A stretch of DNA of 64,000 nt. It comes from Raillietiella orientalis (taxonomy: Eukaryota). The notes under the pieces were generated by a model. It saw only the letters and a program-made list of their open reading frames with translations, did not search any database and was not told the DNA's origin. Position numbers and translations under genes: made by a program. Positions 22,934 through 35,219 of the stretch are shown in pieces; position 1 is the first letter of the stretch; every line of letters begins with the position of its first letter. The stretch spans positions 310,001 to 374,000 of the forward strand of contig JAYWIR010000004.1 of assembly GCA_036172245.1 (NCBI GenBank), written 5' to 3'.

Positions 22934-25900
22934 GATGTCGCACCTTTTTCCGGACTGGGGAACTGACATCACCTGAGCTTCACGACTTCATTTCTAGCCA
23001 AACCGTTTGAAGACCTCGTCTGCGGGCGGTTTCGGGTCAAAGAACTTTCCTGCTGCCGTTAACTCACCAAGTTTTGGCACTTTGCAACGGTGGTTTCAGC
23101 AAGAAGTTACATAACACGGTTGTTTTCCAGAAGACACCGGCTGCTGTTCGTTCCTAACAGCCTTTCGAGATCTAAGTTAGAATAGAAGAGGCGGCATTTT
23201 TCTCAAGTTCTCCCGGAGAGGAGACGACGAGGAACACGGGTATGCCCCCATAGGAGAGAAGAGAGGAATACAAAACGGTTGGCTTTTCCTGGAAAAAAGG
23301 CACCGTCGCGAGCAGCGCCCCGAGAATCAAAGACAGTCAGCGTCCGTTGCGAAAGAAGGCTGGTTTGGTTTCAAACGGATGAGGAAGGAAAACTTCCCCG
23401 GGAAGGGACGGGATCGTCGAAACACGAAAGATGCTCCTTTAGAGAGATCGAGACTCGCCGTGCTTTTAGCTGCCACCTCAGCTAACTGTTCCTTTCGGTG
23501 GACTGAATTCCTCCTCGGGCCGAGCGATGCCGCTTGTTTTCCAAATGTACCACCCGGAGAATTCGTCGGCGAATTTTCGGTTCACCTGGGCAACGAATCA
23601 AATCAGACGAGCCGCTGACGTGAAAATCTGTCTTTCGTGTCGAAAATGTTTGGGCGCCCTCCAAAAAGGCGAGAAGTGTCTCCATGACTCAGACCGAGAA
23701 GGAGGAGAGGGGGTCTTGCAAGCAGAGAACGGACGCAAGCAGTCGGGAAGAAGCAAATCGTTTGTACGAGGTAGGAGCTTCCCTTTGTATACGCACACGT
23801 ACATGCTGCCTGCCGTATGCTTGTGCACGTCGCTGCTCTGGTGCGCGCGCTTGGATCCCGAATGAGATGGGAAATGGAGCAAATTTCCAACTGCACTATC
23901 CCGCGAGTGACGATCCACAGAGGGGCCACACTACTTTCAGGAAGCGCCCTCAGAGGCAGCATATTCCTGACTCGAAGGGAGCACAAGCAGCGGAGAGTCA
24001 GCACAAGGAAATATCACTGAGGTGAGTAGCGATTCTCGTCGTTCCTCGACAGCACTAAGGCATTCGAACATATATTATAAAGTATATATATATATATATG
24101 TATAAATCCCTGCTGATCCGTGTGATTATCTGATTGCGTCTAGTTTTCCTCAGTGTTAAAGGACTTTTCTGATCTCAGCAGATGCGAGTCAACCCAAGTA
24201 AGGATCCTAAGTTGACTTATCGGCCAGGGTCTGATGAGGATCTTCCTCGATGGGTTTCCTCGAAAGGTCCCTCACCTCACGCGCGAACATCCTGAGAGTT
24301 GCTCTTTGAATGCCTGCTGGTCATTTTGCATACGTGGACCTCCAAGTGGGTTCTCTTCAGCCTCCGTGAGCACGAGGCGATTTCGAAGCACTCGGCTGGT
24401 ATCCTTCAGTGATTTATGAATTGAGCAACCGTTTGCCAGCTGCAATTCTTAGGGCTGTTTTCTTTGTTAGTGTAACAAAAGTTTTCTTCATGTTCAATAG
24501 GAATTGCTTTCGCGGAAACAAAGATCGGGGGCGTTGGATTTGCATAATTGTAACGTGACTTCGAAAAGCGAAGTGTGATTTCAGGAGCTTGCAAATGATT
24601 TGGGGGAAAGAGGGTGGGGAACTGAGGTGTCGGCTGCCCGCGCTCTCTTACCAATGCTCCTGAGAGCCAACAGGTAACCATGGAACATCCCCCATTAAGA
24701 AAAACAAACAGCATCTCAACTATCTCAAGATGTCTCATCCATCGTCGACGGCACCATTATTTGTCGACTTCGACGTGGAAAACTAGGGCGAGCGATGCCC
24801 GAATATCGATTTTGTGGATGATGGTTCAATATGTGTGTGTTCCTTTCGGCTATTTCCTTGCTGAAGATTCCCATCATGGGTCCCTTCAAACTCGCCTCCT
24901 TCCAAGGAGCACTCTGTTCTAAACAGCGTCCCTGGTTCGTTCCCTCTAGTTAAGTTCAAAAGAAACATTTCAATTCTGGAAAAGCGCCCCGAAAACTCCT
25001 TACGCATACCTACGATCTCTCCGAAAACTTCGTCCTCAATTTGAATTTTTTTCTTCTTGAGGATGCTGGGAGTATCCCCTCTAAGGCACGAAACCGTTGC
25101 TCCACGAAGGCTCTTTCCGGAGAATTGGAGTAGATAGCGTCTTTCCGTTGCCTATGCTGGACAAGGTCTTAGAAGGATTAGGGATAGTCGGCGCACCCCC
25201 GAGGCCAAGAGAGTATCCTGTGTTCTCTTCCTTTGAATCAGTGACGCAGCTCTGAAGTGGGACGTTCTTTTCCCGATATTCCGTAGTAGACCTTGCGGCA
25301 GACTTGAGTCATCCAGCTCTAGATTCGGAAAGCAGTTCTCTCTGCTTGTTCTAGATCGAACAAACCCGACCTTTCTTGACATCGAGTTGGCTTTCCGAGC
25401 CCTTTGACAGGATCACAAGCAGGGTGTCCTCCTCTGGATGAAGCCTAGAACACAGACATCTCGCCTTTTCCCTCGCTAACCTTAGCGCACTGGACCGGTA
25501 GCAGTTTCCCTACAAACATCAAAGTGCCCCCAGAGAGGAATGTGCGTGAGAAGGTTCTGTCGTTTCGGCCCATCGCCGACATCCGCTATCGGGAGGCTGC
25601 ACGGTGTTTCCGGGCATTGGCTCGGTTGCTTTCCTTCCTGCCTCCAGCAAAGCCGAAAGCTTCAAACATGGACGCTCTGCAGAATCCCTTCGCCGATCCG
25701 TTCCCTGACTCGTTCACCTTTGCGGGAGGTCCTGCCGGCAACGGAACGGAGGTCGCGTGTGGTCCTTAAGAGACGAATTCCACGATGCCAGAGAGGCCAA
25801 GAAATGAAACCTCCTAGAAGGAACGTGGCTGAATGGCAATCATCTTGGCGCATCTCGGGGAAAGGAGGAGAGAGGGAATGGAAGAGGTGAGTTGCCTGGA

Positions 25901-28900
25901 CGCCACACAGGACACGCCCACCTGGACCACACACGAGGATGACTGCTTCCTCTTGTCAACGCATAAAATAGTTTAAGGAGACTGCACACGGCTCAAGGAG
26001 ATTACGTGTGATTTAAGCAAATTAGAGATGGACTGAGGAGAGTGCATATGGAGAGGTTTTTTTTTTTTTAATACTATTTTTTTCCGGTGGCTTTCCATAG
26101 AAACTGCAAGTATGCAAAAGTTTCGTATTCTTGTGGATGTGCAGTGAGCATCCGTTAGGAGCAACACGCTTACGTCTAAAAGGAGCGTGAAGTTAAGATC
26201 GCATTCTGGTCATAACATTCTCGATCTGTAGTCAGAAAAGCAATGGAATCCGAAGACCAGTATGAGTTTGTCTTTCCAGAAGCATTTAGGAGAAGAAAAA
26301 TGGTGAATGAAGCTTCTAATCCAGAAATCTATTTTATTTCATTTCATTTTTATTTTTTTCGGTTATGGAGTTCAGGGTAGTTCCTCGTGCAACCGCGGTC
26401 AGTCACCTGACCGCACACGCAGGTCTGGCTGCAACCTCGAGTGTCATCTAGCGTGAATGGCGCGAAGCACGACGGACGGCGCGTTCATTCCAGATGGCGA
26501 CGGCGACCCCTCCTCAAGGAGGGGGAATCAGGGAAACTGATGCGGTCAGGTAGGAGCCATCTGGAGAAGACAATCTCTGGTGGGTGGCTCTCAAAGAGCC
26601 ACGGAAGTGACATCGAGTGGGCGCTGGGGTTTTTGACTGGGGTGCGCGAGGTTTTCTGCCGAAAGACCTGCCTGCCTCTGAACTCCACGAAAGCTCCAAA
26701 GCTCTGTCAAGAGTTGTCCTCCGGCTTCGCCGCATGCCCTCTATGTTTTTGTTTTTATTTTTTGCTTAGCTGCGCACTCGGATGGCAATGAGCGGAGACG
26801 CCTGGCTCTTCCTTCGTCTCATCCCAAGCCATCTATTTCAAATGGATCGGTTGAAACTGTACAAAGTTGTACAAAGTTCGGTTGAAGATGAGGAGCATGA
26901 GGGGAGAGTGTATTTCTGTAGCCCAACAGTCTTTACCCTATCGGCTATGGTTACATCCTCCTATTTGCTCAGCCAGAGACTCTGGTTACTCGGACTGGGG
27001 TCGTTATCGAAGTTGGACCCCGCATCTCCCACGTTCACGCAGTCCAACTCCCACTGGAACACCGAATGGAACACCCCATTCAGGGTATTCATGCCCAATA
27101 TAGCTGCCGAGCTTCGAACCCGCATCCTTGGACTCTATGCCCGACCTCAAAGCCCACCGGCTGCCTCAACGTGCAGATGGGCCTCCTCCGAGTTCAGAAC
27201 CACCACTTCAATGTTTCCTCCGTCCGATTCCGCATCCCATGCGCGCCAGAATTTCTCACTGATGAACTTGCGTCGTGTAGGGTCTCCAGTTCTGTGGGAT
27301 GGACCTCCTCTTTCTCAAGTGCAGGCTGATGTTCTAGCCGTAGATGCGTAGATTCTTCAAGCTGTGCGTCCAAAAGATGTTCTACGGTATCTGATGTTGG
27401 ATGATGCAGTGAAGGTCCTTAGGCTGTTGGCATACTTCCGAGGAATGTGCTGATCTTGCAGCATTTGATTGCTGTCTGAGTCCCATGATAGCAGTGGTCC
27501 CATGAGGGTTGCTTTCTCTGAATTTGTGATCTCCTTGGAGAGAATCAGAACAGCACTGCCTCCATATTTGCTTTCCTTGTCCCTTGGCACAGTTCCGGAC
27601 TGCTTTCGAAGAGGCAGTCCACGTCCAGGGTGATTCTGAATCTCTTCGTCCAGACAGGGGATCCGAAGTTCGTCGCGAGTCGACGTCTGGCATTTTCCTT
27701 CCTCGCGAGAAGACTTCCTATCTTCCACCTGCGGCCTTTGCCATGCAATTGAAAATTGTAATTCATGAATGGACGAGAGTGCCTCTGGCAGCTGTTTCAG
27801 GCGTTCGACAGGGTCATGTCCCACTCAATGTACCTGTGGCGCGTTCGATCTCCATGTCTTCTGGCTGCTCTTATGCAGGTTTAGTCGAGCCCCATGTGTA
27901 AATCTATAGCCTGGAACCGTAGGTCTCGTCCAGAAAATAGGAAATGTGATAAGCATGCGCGACGTACCCCTGCTCAGGGCATGTCTTTCCTTCGGCCCGG
28001 GTACTTTTGAATAAGAGTTCTCTATGTCTCTTTGCTTAAGATATCGCTCACAACGGACACAGCATCCGACATGCTCCTTTCAATGATCATCGTATCATCT
28101 CCAACAATCAGCTGAAAGATCACGGAGGCGCAGGAAGTCTCAATTCGGCAAGTCGCCTGTTCTTCGGAGCCCTACATCTCTGGGTGACCTCGCACACTTT
28201 CTCTGTGTTTCCCTAGGCATGTGGTCTCTTGCGACCTCGTCGGAGGGGGCTGCTAAGATTCTCTTGACCACATCTTGTGGAGTGTAGCCGGGAGAGTTCT
28301 GCAAGGAGCAGCGTTCATCCATCTCCGGATGGTCCTTCGCAGATCGTTCTAGACATTGAAACACCCTCAAGCTGCTCTGTTCCCAAAGTGCCGGGGGGCG
28401 TTTCGATGCTCTCGACGATCCAGCACAGAACAGGCTGGTGTCGCTGTTCCCAAGCAAGGAAGAATTTCCATGGCGAGGAGAGCGTGGCCCTCGCTTGAGT
28501 TTATTTTGAGATGTTGCTACAGAAGGCATCCAAAGTATCCACACAGCGCAGTCGGAGGACGTCAGCAGCTTCAAGCAGCTGTCTATGAACAAGATGGTCA
28601 GCCTATTGATTTGCATTGTTAGGCATCTTTCCGCACACTCTTTGCACAAGGGTCGGTTTGCAGCTCTGTTTGGGAGACATTGTGTGACCATCATCCCAAT
28701 TTTCTTATTCATGAAGGTTGGTTCTCAGAAGAGGTTGGATGCTCCTTTTCTGAGCAGGAGGCCAAGCTCAAACCAGTTCGCCCCGGGACGCTTGTTGAAC
28801 CCCATCGGCGTGCCTCGGAGGCATGAGCCGGGGAACGCTGGCATGGAGGTTGGTAGCCAAGAGAAGAAATGCTCAGTACAGAGGGGTCAAGGGTGGGCAA

Positions 28901-31899
28901 TGGAGGGCAGTAGAAATAAAGAAATGAATAAACGTGTACAAGGTGTGGAAGAACTCCGGGACGAGAGACCAAGAGGGTAGCAGAGGAAGGGAGACTTTCT
29001 GTCCTGTGCCTTTCTTGCAGTCTTCCCGCGATCCGGGAGGCGTCCCCTTTCGTTTCCTGTCAAGCATGCGCCGCCCTCGTCATCGTGGCTGTCACGAAGG
29101 AATGACCGTCCTTCGGTGCTGCCCGCAGCTCCACCGCGTGGCGATTCACCACTGCTGCTCAGATGATGCAGCACAGCACCGCCAGCAGCCCGGAGGCCGA
29201 GGGCCCTTGAGGCGTAGAAGAGCCGCCTCAGAAGCCGCCGAGGGCAGTCCTCTTAATGCAAGAGGCTGCTGCCACTCGTTGCCATCCGCTACGGGGGTGC
29301 TGTTCCAGGTGCGCGGGAAGAAAGAGGGGAGGGGCGTTGCAATCGTTCATCACCTGGCACAGTTCAGGACGCTCATTCCCTCCTATCCAGTGGAAGAGCG
29401 CTGGTCGCGTGGGAAACCCGGGGGCAAGGAGTGCCACCGGAGGGAAAGCGCGGAACCGTCCAGGAGAACGATGAGGATCACTAGCTCGTCACCACACAAT
29501 ACTCTTGGGTCTTGCTCTTAGTTAGACCTTTCTACGCAGTCCCTCCAACAGGCAGGTCGCTTTTGTAGTTTCCTGGGTGCATCGAAGCGTTCAAAGACAA
29601 TTTATCCGCATGTGTGAGGAACGGACTCTGTGTAAACTTCGTTTTGATCTTCGGCACGGTTACGCTGAATGATAGCGATCTTGGGAGGTTCTTTTCTGCA
29701 CCCAACGACGAATCCTTGTAAACCGAGTGTTCCATTCCTCAGAGCTTGACTCTGTCCTGACTAAATTCCCTCCTATCCTTGCGGAGCGCCTAACTTTCTA
29801 CTGTAGCGAGGCTGCAGTCCCAGCTGATGCGAGACCGCACCAGAGACACCTCCTGGATCTATGAAGGCGCTGCACAGAAAGACCACTGGATCTCTGGCTA
29901 GCTCCCTCTAAGGTGGCTTGCATAAGAAAACTACACTAAAGAGCTATGTCAACCTCCCGAGATCCTCTTTTCTCTGGAAACTTGTTGCTGCCGATCGTCC
30001 ATTCCTGGAGCCCGTGAAACGGGTAATTTGCGTCCCGCTTATAAGCAGGGTTCCCCCGTGGATATATTGATCTCCATTTGTCAACTTTGTCTAATTCATA
30101 TGGAAATTCGGAGACAGCATACTCTCACCGGGACGGCGATTTTAACGGCTTTAGGCAGATGCGGTGGATTGTGGTTAACGGTCCAGCTTCTGGACCAACG
30201 CTCTCTGCTCCATGCCGCGTACGTGGCGCCATCCATGTCGGAAAGGCGTCGCTCCGAAAGATCGCTTCTGTTCCTTCTCGTATGAACCAAGCGAGATGCA
30301 GTGGAAAGGTTCGTTCGTCTCTTGTGCCCCTCCAGTTTTGCTTTGGAGGTCCCTTCACCAGGGTGGCTCGGCTGCGAGCACCCCAGCGAAGTGCCGTTGC
30401 TCTCTACCAGCCGAAATGCTGGGGTGCATTCCTGCAGCGCTTGCTACCTTTCGCATGGCCCTCAACCAGCTGATTTTGCATTTCCTATCGGCTGGTTTCC
30501 CCCTAGCCGATTCGACTTTTCGCATTCATCGAATGTCTTCCGGGATTCGTCCTCAAGAGCTTCCGGATCTGATCGCACATGCTGCTTCATTTTTGGTCCT
30601 CCCGAACTGATGTGACGAGGACGCAGGTCCACGGATTGATTCTAAGTCGCACTGTCCGGTGATGTCGAGCAATTCCGCCTCGCTGTACGCCCTATTTCTA
30701 GGGAAGGGAAGGAGGAGATGACTGCTTTTTCAACAGTCGAGGTGTTCCATGTGGCGCTGCCGGCAGCGTGGCTCCCGCAGGAGTCTTGGAGCTCCAAGAT
30801 CTTGGTCAAATGGGTCTGGAAGGAAGAGAAGGACTCACGCTCCCTTGCTTTCAGCAAAGGGACAGAGCTGACCTACGGTGGCGGACCGAGCACACTCGTG
30901 GTCACCTTCAGAACTCCTGGCTTCAGCTCTCCTGCCCCTGGGCCAAGTCGCGCGACCTCTGCACTTCGGTCTCTGGCGCCTCCAAGTGGCCTCTTCCTTT
31001 CGGTGACCGTTCGACGCAACATCGGAACAGAAACAGCAGCTTCTCACTCTCTTCCTTATTCTTCTCTAAGCCTCCAGACGTCTGGCGAGATGCCGTCCTG
31101 CATCTGGAGCTCTTGAACGGGAAGGGGAGGGGGTTCCACTCAGAACCTCCTCGAGGAGGTTAAGGTGGTGGCATTCTCATATCGGGAAGCATGGGGATTG
31201 CAGATGTGTCTGGACGCGCAGGAATGAGCGTGCTACAGGGTCTGCCCCGGAGGGCTTTCTCGACCACGCGCGCGTGCATGCACCGGACGAGGTTGAATTG
31301 GAACAGATTTCTCAAGGGAAGGGCAGGCATTTGCCGGTCCAGGGTGAAAGGATCTGAACCTCACCGGGACAGAACCACAAAAGAAAGAGGGGGAGGAGGG
31401 TTGAAAGTGAATGAATCAACAGAACCGGAATGGAACGTTACACAATGCTGCTTGCTATTCCCGAGGGACTGCGATGGGAAGTCTGGAAATGGGATATCCG
31501 GGACCGGTTCTAGCAAGTCTGGGGATTGCCCTGGGATGCCCTTGCGCTTCGCATGTGAGGTGAGGTCACCGTGACGCTCCCTGCGTGGGACGGTAGCGAA
31601 AGACTCCCTTTGGCCATTGCCAGCTCTTGCAAGGTTAGGAGAGGGATAAAGTCTGAAACCTGAAAAGGTGGAAGGGCACCGGAGGCATCATCAGGGAATT
31701 GAAAGTGCCTCTGTAATGAGCGTCTATGTCTGCTGCATCCCCTGGAGCTTCTTGAAAGCAGCGGGGAGGGAGCGCTTCCCCACTGTCCCTAAGCAGGGGA
31801 TCCTACCAGCCGAGGCCCCAGAAAGATCTCAGCGGCACCGCAGAGAGGACGGAGACGCCAGCGAGGCGCGCCGACGATCGCGTCAGACCCTGAGGCGGT

Positions 31900-32885
31900 G
31901 ATCACGGAGAGGCTTTCGCGCCCGCGTGGAGCCTTACGGGACACTCCCGAGGCAACGGCACGGGTTGACGACCGCGGCGGGTAGGGTAAAGAAGGGCTCT
32001 GGGCTGGAGCAGCGTGGCCAGGAGCACGTAAATAGAAGAACGCGCCGCCGCCCATCCGGCGTCTCCGGCTTTCCCTCCTCGACCTTCTGGCTCTTCCCCG
32101 TTTAACTGCGAAGAGACGGCCGCGAGAAGAGGTCTCCACTGCTGACCCTCGTCTCCTTCCCCGGGGAAAATGGAGAATCTTCCTGACAACCTTCATCCCG
32201 AGGCCTGGTGACACTGCGTTGAAATTCCGATCTTGGCCGCTGCAGGTCATCGTCGCTCTGGAGTCGGCGCTGTTTCCCTTCATCCTGCCGCGCCAGCGAT
32301 CCACGTGGGTTGGCTAGCCCCGAGAGACTGCAAACTCCGTGTTGGTGATGTCACTGCCCGGAGAGAAGCCGCAGGGAACCGCCAAAGACAAAGATCCGGG
32401 GATCGGGTCGCGTGGCTTGCCGGGGGAGGGAGCTACAAGGAGGCGAGAGACAAAGTCGGGAATGCCCGGACACACCCATCTTATTCCGCACGGAATTCAT
32501 CCGATGGCACCAGTGACCTTGAGGGATCTTTCGAGAAGACACGAGCTCGAGCCGAAGACCCCGAAGGGTGGTTCACGAGTCACCAGAAGGGCTTAGACGC
32601 AACGCCCAGATCTCCCTATGCGCGCCATTGGCGGCAGAAGCTTCCGACTCGAGCCGGAAAGAGAAAGCAAATTGTGGCGCCCATCCGGACCGAGAGATGA
32701 GGTCCGGTGCTTCCGGGAGGAAGAGGAGAGGAGGGAGCAAGCACTCGATCTCCTCGTAGAAGGTGCGCCACTGCGAGCCCGGGAAAGTTGACCCCTGGCC
32801 TCCGTCGGTCGGGCACCTGGTCATCTTCCCACCCTTGCCGCCCCGCGTTTTCCTGTCCTGATTGTTGAGGGAGCCAGAAGTCCCT
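31900..32885 (-). pseudogene. Probable decayed paralog of the CBM14-helical family
   Basis: After a good acceptor (ctctcag|) the frame reads MTRCPTDGGQGSTFPGSQWRTFYEEIECLLPPLLF (eroded CBM14; TGG at a Cys position). Further down are TCSGQD, QCHQ in a shifted frame with a stop, and PLLAAVSS...SSIYVLLATLLQ, echoing SLLAAVQS/SLLAAVRS of genes B and C. Confidence 0.4.
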
Positions 32886-33129
32886 CTGAGAGCACAGGGA
32901 GAGCAGAAGGATCTTCAGATGTGGGCATCTCCTTCACCTGACTCCCACCCTACTGCTGAGAAGATGCCCCGAGGAGGCCGGTAGGTTGGCTCCAGAGGCG
33001 CGCCCCGGAGGTCCCTCCTTCCCGCGAGGGAACGGATTTCCTGCTCCCCTCGGTCGCGTCTCTCCTCTTTCCCGTCTTCCCTTTCCTTTATTGGCGGCCG
33101 GAGGCGCGACCCTGAACAGGAAGCAGCGC

Positions 33130-35219
33130 CTAGCTCTGGAGGACGTTGAGGGTGGTGTTGAGACGCCTGAGGAAGGTCTGCGTGTTGTCGATGCGGGTCT
33201 GCAGGATCTGCCCCAGCTGGTCGAGGACTCCGGCGGCCCTGTCGCGGATGGCCTGGGTCGCGTAAGCTCCTATGTCGCGCAGCAGGATGAGCAGCAGGGA
33301 GGTGGCGTCCTGCCGCTCCTCCATGACGTCCTTGTCCAGGCTCTGGACGGCGGCCAGGAGCGAGTGGAGGTTGCCAGGGTGCAGCTGGATGGGCGGATCC
33401 TCCGTGCAGCCCGGGTCGCGGGGAACGTCGCAGGCCTGCAGCTTCTCGTCGAAGCTGAGCAGCGGGGGGCACTGGTAGAGGTACTCGACGCCGTTGTGGC
33501 ACTGGTAGAAGAGGGAGCAGTTGTGGGGGTCCCTCAGGAACTGCCTCTCGCTTCGGAGCAGGCAGCGTGTGCTCTGGCGGACCAGCTGAGCGCCGTCATC
33601 GTCCTGGAGACCATGACCTCCCTCTTCGGGGGCCGGTTCCGTTCCCGAACCGTCCACCTCGCCGCTTCCGGCCGCGTCCACATTGCCGGGAGCTTGCTTG
33701 CCGTCCGCGGTGTCGATTTTCAGGGAGCGCAATTTGAAGTTTTCCGGGTGGTCCTCAGAGGCGGGCTGGAACTTGCCCTTCGTCGCGGGCCTAGCAGCTG
33801 AATCCTGTCTGCTGTAGAAGGACGGGAGCCCCCTGGGAAGTGGAGAGAGGCATTCGCCCGTGGCCCGGAGCACTCAAGAGAAACGAGTGTTCGCAACCCC
33901 TCTGCGGGGAAAGGAGAAATGGAAGAGGGAGGAAGGAGGAGAAAGAAAAGGAAGGGAGCAGAGAAGAGGAGGAGGTGATGCTGACCGACAGAATGGGGAT
34001 CGAGAGAACAAGAGTGGGCCTTGCAGCAGAATCTCACCTGCCAAAAGAGCAGTTGACGTTGGTCGGGAAGTCGCAGACGCTCTTGTTCTCGTTAAAGTGC
34101 AGGCCCGGAGGACACAAGAGCTTCCAGGCGACCCCACTGTCGCACATGTAGAACTCCTCGCACCGGAAGGGGTGAGGCAGGAAGCGTGTGTAGTTCCCGT
34201 TCGTGTCGGGACACTGCTTGGACATCTCAACAGAGCGCACGGACAAGTAATCGGCCAAGTTCTCCCTGGACACGGTTAAGTCTGGTCGGTCCCTCGCAGC
34301 GGACCCGTTGTTCTGCTTCCCGGAGTCCTTCGATCCGACAGAGCTTCCCGCCATCAGCGCCGCCCACAGCACCAACAGGGTCCTGGAGGAGGCAGGCAGT
34401 CGGAGGCAGGAACAAGAGCGTCTCCAGCGGCTCCGACTGCTTCCGGACAGCTCGCCTTCCAGCGGGGCGGGCGAAGAGACCTGAGAGACTTCCGCGAGCC
34501 CTCTGGTTGCAGGGGAATCCCGAAAGGGGGCCCAACGATTCTCCTGGACGTTACGCTTTCCGCAATGCTCGGAGGGGAACTTCCACACAAGGGAATGCCC
34601 TCCCCGGGCCCGCAGCTCTTCGGCGACCCGCGAGCGGTGCTCACAGAGGACTCGTCGCACGCCAATTGTGGTCAGCAGGCAGGAAATGGAACGACCCGAC
34701 AGTGCCACTTCCTGTCATCTGGATCCTCGCCTCGAACCGCCTGGAGGCCTTTTTTTTCTTTGTTTCCTCCTATCTCCTCCCTCCCCTGACCCCAGGATCT
34801 TTCTTTCTCTACTGCGGTTTCCTCGAGGAGCCAACACTCCTAGGTTGCATTCAGGCCGAGAGCGAGAGGAGAAGAAACGCCCCCGCGACCTCCTCGGATC
34901 TCCGGCACAACCTTTCGGAGAGAACTGGAGCGCGCTGCCCTCAGAGTCGCCGGGAGAAGAGCAGGGGAAAAGGGGGGGAATCCCGGACCCTTTGCCACCA
35001 CCATCCGAGGTTCCTTTGGTCACCGCCCTCACGAGCCGTGACTGCACCCATGCGTACCGGTCTGCTCCCTCTCTTTCCTCGCCCACGGGGCAATGCGCTT
35101 GCAGCGCAGGAGGGGAAAAAAAATGTACCAGGGAGACCCCAACAGAATGACCCTCGTAAATCCAGCCCTGGGCAGAAGCCAGGGCTGCCCCTGTCCCTCC
35201 TCCTACCCACCTACCTCAT
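33130..35219 (-). CDS. Cluster gene B: secreted protein, signal peptide + 2 CBM14 + helical tail (~343 aa)
   Basis: Exons 35219-35215 (ATGAG|GTAGGT), 34382-34038, 33811-33130, all joined by phase-2 introns. MRTLLVLWAALMAGSSVG; CPDTNGNYTRFLPHPFRCEEFYMCDSGVAWKLLCPPGLHFNENKSVCDFPTNVNC; CLLRSERQFLRDPHNCSLFYQCHNGVEYLYQCPPLLSFDEKLQACDVPRDPGC; tail SLLAAVQS...RLNTTLNVLQS. AATAAA at 33092-33087. Confidence 0.92.

Noticed and set aside
19361..24104. TA/CA microsatellites and homopolymer runs (19361-19400, 21646-21665, 24070-24104)
   Set aside because: Ordinary simple-sequence repeats.
28890..29500. Minus-strand stretch with LVILIVLLDGSALS, EDCPRR..LFY and RSFLRDSHD, suggesting another decayed paralog
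   Set aside because: The Cys pattern is not recoverable and the matches are too short to separate from chance.
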